A stretch of 64,000 nt of DNA, taken from positions 32,001-96,000 of the IMG/VR virus record IMGVR_UViG_3300030104_002421, one strand, 5' to 3'. This stretch comes from a virus. Shown here piece after piece: positions 57,410 to 64,000 of the stretch (positions are counted from its first letter, which is position 1; the number at the start of each line of letters is the position of its first letter). A model generated the notes under the pieces. The model did not search any database and was not told the origin of the DNA. It saw nothing but the letters and a program-made list of their open reading frames with translations. Both the position numbers and the translations under genes were made by a program.

Positions 57410-58158
57410 TGTTAGGACTACAACCAGAATTTTCGTGGAAGAACTCCACAATACTTGCCAAAGCGTCAGCAACGGCATACAATAATTTAAGTGCTTTTCA
57501 AAAGCAATTTGATCCAGAAGCAGTAATGTTTGATAAAGACGGTACACAGGTGTTTTGTTGGAAAGATGATAAACATGCTTGTGTTGCATTTAGAGGTACA
57601 GAACCAAATCAATGGTCTGATATTAAAGCAGACTTAAAAATAAGACGAGTAAAATGTCCTACAGGATTTGTACATAGAGGATTTAGAGACGCTTTAGACG
57701 AAGTATGGACAGATGTAGTGGCATGGATATCTAAACAAAAATGTCAACATGTATTCTTTACTGGTCATAGTTTAGGTGGTGCATTAGCAACACTAGCTGC
57801 AAGTAGATGGAACACAGTAACAACACATCTATACACATATGGATCACCAAGAGTAGGTGGTAAGAAGTTTATACAATCATTTCTTACAAGAAACAGATAT
57901 AGATTTAGAAACAATAACGATATAGTAACAAGAGTACCATTTGAGATATTTGGATATAAACATGTATCAGGTGAAGGTGGTAACTTTATCTATTTTGATA
58001 TTGATGGTAATGTTGCAACAAAATTTAGTAGATGGTATATGTTTAAACAATGGTGGAAAGGTACATTTAGAGGTGTATCACATTTAAAAGTAGATGGTTT
58101 TAGCGACCATTCTATGACTAACTACTACGAATATTGTAAAAGAGAAATGGATAAGTAA
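57409..58158 (+). CDS. Class 3 lipase
   Basis: VAFRGTE, VHRGF, nucleophile TGHSLGG, YGSPRVG, DIVTRVP, DHSM. Confidence 0.92.
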   Translation: MLGLQPEFSWKNSTILAKASATAYNNLSAFQKQFDPEAVMFDKDGTQVFCWKDDKHACVAFRGTEPNQWSDIKADLKIRRVKCPTGFVHRGFRDALDEVWTDVVAWISKQKCQHVFFTGHSLGGALATLAASRWNTVTTHLYTYGSPRVGGKKFIQSFLTRNRYRFRNNNDIVTRVPFEIFGYKHVSGEGGNFIYFDIDGNVATKFSRWYMFKQWWKGTFRGVSHLKVDGFSDHSMTNYYEYCKREMDK

Positions 58159-58445
58159 TGTGGGATATGATTGAAAGAATGGCAAGTGATAGATTGTGGA
58201 TTTATACTGCTATTTTTGGGTCATTGTTTGGCGCTGCTTTTTTATTTTGGTTTAAAGATACAAGAATGGCAACATGGGGTGTGGCAAAGTTTGACCGCAC
58301 ATTAGAATTTTTAGTAAAGCGTTGGGGTTGGACTTGGTTACAAAATGACCCAGAGGCATGGCGTAAGAAATATCCTAAAATTACATCAAAGATAGACGAT
58401 TTAGAGGAGAGGATCAAAGATTTAGAAAAATTTGATAATCAATAA
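58158..58445 (+). CDS. Single-TM membrane protein
   Basis: LWIYTAIFGSLFGAAFLFWF. Confidence 0.65.
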   Translation: MWDMIERMASDRLWIYTAIFGSLFGAAFLFWFKDTRMATWGVAKFDRTLEFLVKRWGWTWLQNDPEAWRKKYPKITSKIDDLEERIKDLEKFDNQ

Positions 58446-58461
58446 AGAAAGTGATTAAGAT

Positions 58462-58926
58462 ATGAAAATAAGCGATAATACATCCGTGGCAATGCCAATG
58501 AGGAATTTAATTTCCATTGTTGTAGCTGTAGGATTAGGTGTATGGGCCTACTTTGGGATAGTTGAAAGATTAAACCAAGCAGAAACAAATATCATTTTAA
58601 TTAAAGAAGATATTACTAACGAAACTAATAGACTTGATGGTACAATTTTAAGTTTAAAAGAAGGTGATATTGATGAAAACACAGAATTTAGGATTAAATG
58701 GCCGAGAGGAGAAATGGGTACTCTTCCAGCTGATAGTGAACAATATATGCTGATAGAATTTCTATCAGGACAAGTGGAAACTATGCAGGCACAAATGGAA
58801 GGTATGATGAATAATTCCGTGAACATTAAGAGGTTGCAAACTGATATTGAAAAGATGTTATCAGATATAGAAGAACTAAAGGATAGAGTTAGACAAAATG
58901 GTTCTAATATGACAATTGGGGAGTAA
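58462..58926 (+). CDS. N-terminal TM + coiled-coil protein
   Basis: LISIVVAVGLGVWAYFGI, followed by heptad repeats. Confidence 0.65.
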   Translation: MKISDNTSVAMPMRNLISIVVAVGLGVWAYFGIVERLNQAETNIILIKEDITNETNRLDGTILSLKEGDIDENTEFRIKWPRGEMGTLPADSEQYMLIEFLSGQVETMQAQMEGMMNNSVNIKRLQTDIEKMLSDIEELKDRVRQNGSNMTIGE

Positions 58927-58928
58927 AT

Positions 58929-59171
58929 ATGGAAAATGTATTAGTATGGGCTTTGCTAATGTTTTATAGTGAAGGCAGCAATATAAATGATTTTAACACA
59001 GCTGATGAATTTACATTAACAGACGGATTAACTAAATGTTTATCAATGAAAAGAGAAGCAACAAGAAATTCAGATAATGTACAATGGAGATGTATGCAAG
59101 CGAAAGTAGATTTAGAAGTTGACGCTACTGGAACTTTACATATATTGAGGTTAAAAGAAGAAGTAAAATAA
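58929..59171 (+). CDS. Hypothetical protein with two Cys
   Basis: CLSMKR..R....WRC. Confidence 0.55.
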   Translation: MENVLVWALLMFYSEGSNINDFNTADEFTLTDGLTKCLSMKREATRNSDNVQWRCMQAKVDLEVDATGTLHILRLKEEVK

Positions 59172-59174
59172 ATA

Positions 59175-59627
59175 ATGTTTAGTAGTTTAAAAATAGGTTT
59201 GGTTTTGTTAATGATGGCAGGTGCCGGTGGAGGTTTTCTATATGTCAAAAAATTACAAAAAGATAACGAAATACTTAAAGTTAATCAAGCAAAACTTGAA
59301 ACGGCAGTTGAGGAAAGTTCAGCTGTCATTGAACAACAAACGAAAGACTTGGGGCAAATACGAGAAACATTAAAAGAAGTTGAAGCTCAAAAGGCAAAAC
59401 TACAAAAAGATAAAGACGCTTTAAGTAACAGACTAGGTAAGCATGATATTGGTAATCTTGCAGAAAACAAACCTGGTCTAGTAGAAAAAATAATTAACAA
59501 AGCAAGTGATAGTGCTACCAGATGTTTAGAAATTGCAAGTGGTAGTCCTTTGACGGAAGAGGAGATAAATGGAACGCCTAATAGGGAATGTCCTGGTTTT
59601 TGGCCTGACGATACTGTTTCTGAATAG
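59175..59627 (+). CDS. Inner-membrane spanin (Rz-like)
   Basis: N-terminal TM, long coiled coil, KPGLVEKIIN, C-terminal Cys; overlaps the downstream lipoprotein gene. Confidence 0.7.
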   Translation: MFSSLKIGLVLLMMAGAGGGFLYVKKLQKDNEILKVNQAKLETAVEESSAVIEQQTKDLGQIRETLKEVEAQKAKLQKDKDALSNRLGKHDIGNLAENKPGLVEKIINKASDSATRCLEIASGSPLTEEEINGTPNRECPGFWPDDTVSE

Positions 59628-59934
59628 TTGCGCTGGGTTAGCGGTAAAGGAGATATCTAATTATAAGATTGAAAAAAAGCGGGAACCGTTAGCGTTAGAT
59701 GCTCCTACCCCTTTAGACTTACAGGATGTAGATTGGATTATAATAACTAAAGATAATGCTAACGAAGTTTTTGAAAAGATTAAAAATGATAAGAATGGTG
59801 ATTATGCTTTGTTTGCAGTTACAGATAAAGGTTATGAAAAACTTGCTCTGAACATGGCAGATATCAGAAACAAGTTGGCGGAACAAAGACAAATAATTCT
59901 GTCATATAAGGAATACTACGAGGGTGGCGAATAA
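59569..59934 (+). CDS. Outer-membrane spanin lipoprotein (Rz1-like)
   Basis: Signal peptide with lipobox LNS-C21; Pro-rich segment; YEKLALN..DI. Confidence 0.7.
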   Translation: MERLIGNVLVFGLTILFLNSCAGLAVKEISNYKIEKKREPLALDAPTPLDLQDVDWIIITKDNANEVFEKIKNDKNGDYALFAVTDKGYEKLALNMADIRNKLAEQRQIILSYKEYYEGGE

Positions 59935-60388
59935 CATAGATGATTTGGTTAAAGATATTGCAACGCTAAAGGCTGATGTCAAACAATCAAGTCAAATACA
60001 TTCAAGGTTAGATGACGCTATAGTTAGATTAACTGATATTTCTTCAAGTATCAAATCTATGTTAGCAGTACATGATGAGAAGATAAGACGAGTTGATTCC
60101 TCACAGGAAGATATTCTATCTCTACTAGAAGATAGAAGACGAGAATGGGAAGTTGACTTAAAAGAATTACATAGTAGAATATCGACACAAGGACGAGAAT
60201 TACGAGAGGCAATCCAAGATACTACTTTACGAGGTGAAAGACAACACCGTGAACACGCTGAAGCTATTGAGAAAGTTGAAGACGCTTTATCTAATAGAGT
60301 TGGCGTGTTAGAAAAATGGCGATGGTTAATTATTGGTGGTGCAATACTACTAGGTTTTATTATACAAAACATGGATATGTTTGGATGA
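59924..60388 (+). CDS. Coiled-coil protein with a C-terminal TM (holin-like candidate)
   Basis: LAVHDEKI, LEKWRWLIIGGAILLGFII. Confidence 0.5.
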   Translation: MANNIDDLVKDIATLKADVKQSSQIHSRLDDAIVRLTDISSSIKSMLAVHDEKIRRVDSSQEDILSLLEDRRREWEVDLKELHSRISTQGRELREAIQDTTLRGERQHREHAEAIEKVEDALSNRVGVLEKWRWLIIGGAILLGFIIQNMDMFG

Positions 60389-60483
60389 GATTATTTGATT
60401 GGTTTATAATTATGATATTAGGTGGTTATCTAGGTTACATTTTTTTACTTGCATTAATCAACACATTTTGCGACTGTATTTAG
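60385..60483 (+). CDS. 32-aa hydrophobic peptide not in the ORF track
   Basis: MRLFDWFIIMILGGYLGYIFLLALINTFCDCI; ATGA overlap with the upstream stop. Confidence 0.5.
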   Translation: MRLFDWFIIMILGGYLGYIFLLALINTFCDCI

Positions 60484-60621
60484 AGTAGCACATTACTGGC
60501 ACATTATTGGCACAGTCCTGCCATGTTCAAAATGCATAGAGACTATTCAAATATAATGCATTACAAACATGTTAAAATATGTTATAATATGATAAATATT
60601 TTTGAACATGAAAGGAAAAAA

Positions 60622-60795
60622 GTGGCAACATTTATACAAAACATCTTGGAAGCATTTAGGGTTCCATCTATCGCTTATGGCAATAATTATGATAATGTGG
60701 ATCCAAATTTGGTCCGTTATTTTAGGACTGAATATGGAAGGGACTGGCAGAGCGAACTTAATCATCACCTCTATAAAATCAACAAAAATAAGTAA
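60622..60795 (+). CDS. Small hypothetical protein
   Basis: GTG start after an AAAGGA SD (MATFIQNILEAF..RYFRTEYG). Confidence 0.5.
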   Translation: MATFIQNILEAFRVPSIAYGNNYDNVDPNLVRYFRTEYGRDWQSELNHHLYKINKNK

Positions 60796-60804
60796 AGACT
60801 AGGC

Positions 60805-60833
60805 TTGACTTTTTAGCGGTTTTGTGATATAAT
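60805..60833 (+). promoter_or_regulatory. Sigma70-type promoter of the primase/nrd operon
   Basis: TTGACT-N17-TATAAT with an extended TG. Confidence 0.8.
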
Positions 60834-60843
60834 ACATAGTATT

Positions 60844-61365
60844 ATGAAACTGACAAAGTTATTTCCACGAATTATAGGCGAGACTACCAACAAAGACTTT
60901 GATTTACTAGAGGATATCTACAAAATACGAGATAATCCCTCTGGTACTCCAAAGAGTTGGGTATCAAATAAAACTTACAGTACATTTGGAAGAGACTTAT
61001 GGGACTACCCAGCATTTCATCCTTATATGAAGTGGCAAGATAGTCAAGTCTTACAATATACATATGATTTAGATTACGAGTTTGAAAAGTTTAAATGTCA
61101 AACTTGGTTTAACATATATAAAAAGAATGACTTTCAGGAATTGCACAATCACGGCAACGAAGATATAAGTACAATCTTTATGGTCAAAGGACCTACAGAA
61201 AGTGCATATACATATTTTAAAGACTTTGCTTTACAAGACCAATATCGCTTTGACTTTGAAGAAGGTAAACTGTTGATATTTCCATCACATATGTTGCATG
61301 GAGTATCTCAACACCAATTAGATGATGAAAGGATTACTATTGCTAGTAATTATAAATTAACTTGA
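60844..61365 (+). CDS. 2OG-Fe(II) oxygenase
   Basis: WFNIY...FQELHNH, IFPSHMLHGV, RITIASN. Confidence 0.85.
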   Translation: MKLTKLFPRIIGETTNKDFDLLEDIYKIRDNPSGTPKSWVSNKTYSTFGRDLWDYPAFHPYMKWQDSQVLQYTYDLDYEFEKFKCQTWFNIYKKNDFQELHNHGNEDISTIFMVKGPTESAYTYFKDFALQDQYRFDFEEGKLLIFPSHMLHGVSQHQLDDERITIASNYKLT

Positions 61366-62345
61366 TAGACTTACAATATTTACACCAGATTTCCCACAAA
61401 CTAGATAGATTTAAAAAGAAAAATCAAAACTTATATAACTTTAGATGTCCCTATTGTGGCGATAGTCAAAAGAAACAATCTAAAGCAAGAGGTTTTGTTT
61501 ATCGTAGTAAACAAGATTATTTCTACAAATGCCATAATTGTGGTAAAGGTACTACATTAGGTAAACTTATAGAACATATTGACCCAGATTTATATAAGAA
61601 GTGGGTAGTAGAGAAGTTTAAAAAAGGTTCTAAACAACACAAAGAACCTGATTTTGATTTTAAACCAGTAAAGTTTCCTGATAGTAACTTAAATAAACTT
61701 ACTAACTTTTCAAAGTTATCATCTGACCATCCGGCACTAGACTTTATCACTAAAAGAAAACTACAAGATTATATTGATAAATTTTATTTTGCACCTAAAT
61801 TTATGACATGGGTAAACAGTATGATACCTAACAAGTTTCCAGAAGTAAAGAATGACCATCCTAGAGTAGTAATACCATTCTTTGATACAAGTGGTAAGAT
61901 GTTTGCTTTTCAAGGTCGAGCATTTGGTAAAGAAGAACCAAAATATATAACAATTAAACTAGATGAGAACAAAAGAAGAATATACGGACTTGATACTATA
62001 AACATAAACAAAGATATTAAAGTTGTAGAAGGTCCTATTGATAGTCTATTTTTGTATAATGCCGTAGCATGTGCTGGTGCAGATATGGTTTTACCTAGAA
62101 CAAAAAATAATGCTGTGTATATCTTTGACAATGAACCAAGAAATACCGTAATTATTCAAAAATTAGAAAATTTAATTACTCAAGGTTACCGTGTATGTAT
62201 TTGGCCTAAAAGCATAAAAGAAAAGGATATCAATGATTTAATACTTGCAGGTTACTCAAAAGTAGAGATAGAGGATATTATAAGTAGTAACACATTTTCA
62301 AAATTATCAGCAATACAACAATTAAACAATTATAAGGAGGTATAA
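61362..62345 (+). CDS. gp61: DNA primase gp61
   Basis: NFRCPYCGDS..KARG..CHNC zinc finger, VEGPIDSLF, DNEPRN, KDIND. Confidence 0.96.
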   Translation: MIDLQYLHQISHKLDRFKKKNQNLYNFRCPYCGDSQKKQSKARGFVYRSKQDYFYKCHNCGKGTTLGKLIEHIDPDLYKKWVVEKFKKGSKQHKEPDFDFKPVKFPDSNLNKLTNFSKLSSDHPALDFITKRKLQDYIDKFYFAPKFMTWVNSMIPNKFPEVKNDHPRVVIPFFDTSGKMFAFQGRAFGKEEPKYITIKLDENKRRIYGLDTININKDIKVVEGPIDSLFLYNAVACAGADMVLPRTKNNAVYIFDNEPRNTVIIQKLENLITQGYRVCIWPKSIKEKDINDLILAGYSKVEIEDIISSNTFSKLSAIQQLNNYKEV

Positions 62346-62346
62346 A

Positions 62347-64000
62347 TTGTCCCCAGACGCTATACAAGTTAAGAAACGAAACGGTAGGGGGTTAGAACCT
62401 CTGGATATACAAAAGATACATTCCATGGTAGGATTTGCATGTGAAGGTTTGTCTAATGTATCTGAAAGTCAAGTAGAAATGTCAAGTGGATTACAATTCT
62501 ATGATGGCATGACTACAGATGAGATACAACAGATATTAATAAAATCAGCGAATGACTTAATCACTTTAGAAAATCCTAACTATCAATATGTAGCGGCAAG
62601 ATTGTTACTCTTTAGTCTTCGAAAATCTCTCCATCACAAATTATGGGACCACCCAACAGTAAAAGAACATGTACAGAAATGTATTGAGTTAGGTGTCTAT
62701 GACAAAGAAATTGTAAACTGGTATGATGAGGATGAATTAGACCAAATGAACGGTTTTATAAAGCATGATAGAGATTATTTATTTTCTTATGCAGGTATTC
62801 GTCAAGTTATAGATAAGTACCTAGTACAAGACCGTTCAAATGGGTCTATATTTGAAACACCGCAATTCATGTATATGATGATAGCGGCAACATTATTCAG
62901 AAATTATGATAAAGAAAGGAGAATGAGTTATGTTAAAAAATATTATAATGCGATTTCAAATCATCTTATCAATATTCCCACACCTGTTATGGCTGGTGTT
63001 CGTACTCCTCTTCGCCAGTTTGCTAGTTGTGTTTTGGTCGATAGTGATGACACTTTGCCTAGCATTTTCTCTAGCGACATGGCTATTGGGCGTTATGTTT
63101 CCCAAAGGGCAGGAATTGGTATCAACGCTGGGAGAATCCGTGGAATCAACAGTAAGATTAGGGGTGGAGAAGTCCAGCATACTGGCGTTGTCCCTTTTCT
63201 CAAAAAATTTGAAGCAACCGTTAAATGCTGTACACAAAACGGTGTACGAGGCGGGTCAGCGACTGTACACTTTCCTATCTGGCACCAAGAGATAGAAGAT
63301 ATTATTGTTTTAAAGAACAATAAAGGTACGGAAGATAATAGAGTTAGAAAACTAGACTACTCTATACAAATATCAAAAATATTTTACGAAAGATTTATAC
63401 AAGGTGAAGATATAACTTTATTCTCACCACATGAAGCACCAGGTCTATATGACGCTTTTGGTACGGAAGAGTTTGATGAAATGTATATGATGTATGAAAG
63501 AAAAACTAGTGTAAAGAAAAAGAAGGTATCTGCTCAAAAATTATTTGGTGATATCTTAAAAGAAAGAGCAGAAACAGGTCGTATTTACATAATGAATATT
63601 GACCATTGTAATACTCATTCTAGTTTTAAAGACATGGTAAGAATGTCAAATTTATGTCAGGAAATAACACTACCTACAGACCCATTACAACACATTGATG
63701 GCGAAGGAGAGATTGCATTATGTATTCTATCTGCTATAAATATGGGTTCAATTTCAGATAAGGAAGAGTTAGAAGGACTATGTGATTTATCTGTACGAGG
63801 ACTAGAGGAGTTGATTGACCTCCAACAATATCCAGTTAAGGCAGCAGAGATATCAACAAAAGCAAGGCGTAGTTTAGGCGTTGGTTATATTGGTCTGGCA
63901 CACTTCTTAGCAAAGAACAAAGTTAAGTATGAAAGTAAAGAGGCATGGAGATTAATTGATGAATATACTGAAGCATTCCAATATTATTTACTTAAATCAA
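62347..64000 (+). CDS. nrdA: Class Ia ribonucleotide reductase alpha subunit (partial)
   Basis: TTG start after AGGAGG; ATP cone VKKRNG, PTPVMAG.RT..RQFASCVL, QNGVRGG, SNLCQEI. Confidence 0.95.
   Translation, partial: MSPDAIQVKKRNGRGLEPLDIQKIHSMVGFACEGLSNVSESQVEMSSGLQFYDGMTTDEIQQILIKSANDLITLENPNYQYVAARLLLFSLRKSLHHKLWDHPTVKEHVQKCIELGVYDKEIVNWYDEDELDQMNGFIKHDRDYLFSYAGIRQVIDKYLVQDRSNGSIFETPQFMYMMIAATLFRNYDKERRMSYVKKYYNAISNHLINIPTPVMAGVRTPLRQFASCVLVDSDDTLPSIFSSDMAIGRYVSQRAGIGINAGRIRGINSKIRGGEVQHTGVVPFLKKFEATVKCCTQNGVRGGSATVHFPIWHQEIEDIIVLKNNKGTEDNRVRKLDYSIQISKIFYERFIQGEDITLFSPHEAPGLYDAFGTEEFDEMYMMYERKTSVKKKKVSAQKLFGDILKERAETGRIYIMNIDHCNTHSSFKDMVRMSNLCQEITLPTDPLQHIDGEGEIALCILSAINMGSISDKEELEGLCDLSVRGLEELIDLQQYPVKAAEISTKARRSLGVGYIGLAHFLAKNKVKYESKEAWRLIDEYTEAFQYYLLKS

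Noticed and set aside
60487-60521. GCACA repeats resembling a sigma54 promoter (TGGCAC..)
   Set aside because: The -12 element is imperfect, the repeats are only three short copies, and nothing else supports sigma54 use
2349-63320. Numerous minus-strand and nested ORFs of 60-190 aa (e.g. 50299-50865, 62930-63295)
   Set aside because: They are shadows of well-supported plus-strand genes, with no SD or motifs
1-64000. CRISPR arrays, IS elements, integrases, rRNA, introns/inteins
   Set aside because: No repeat-spacer arrays or transposase/integrase motifs seen; gp17, gp41, gp43 and the visible part of nrdA are uninterrupted and of ordinary length

Overview
A 64 kb segment of an AT-rich T4-like marine myovirus. 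It resembles the pelagiphage HTVC008M type: it encodes ribosomal protein bS21, Hsp20, CobS/CobT-like proteins and many 2OG-Fe(II) oxygenases, and an alphaproteobacterial LexA box suggests a SAR11-like host (inference). Nearly all genes are on the + strand. In order: neck/terminase/tail/head module (gp13-gp23, gp3), uvsY/uvsW/gp55/gp47/gp46, a putative DNA-modification block (MazG-like, T4 beta-glucosyltransferase-like, DUF4338/DruA-like), an early VWA + AAA+ pair, a non-canonical tRNA-Gly(ACC), rpsU, hsp20, the replisome (gp45/44/62/regA/43, a second DUF4338, uvsX, gp41), a late block of probable capsid-packaged enzymes and polyproteins, a lipase-spanin lysis block, primase and the start of nrdA. 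The best candidate for a new system is sequence-specific DNA hypermodification. By hand count, GATC and GANTC sites survive almost only in a GGA/TCC context, and the genome carries two DUF4338 proteins, a BGT-like glycosyltransferase and a glycyl-tRNA that keeps GlyRS identity elements but lacks the conserved D/T-loop motifs. All calls come from motif recognition by eye; no searches were run.
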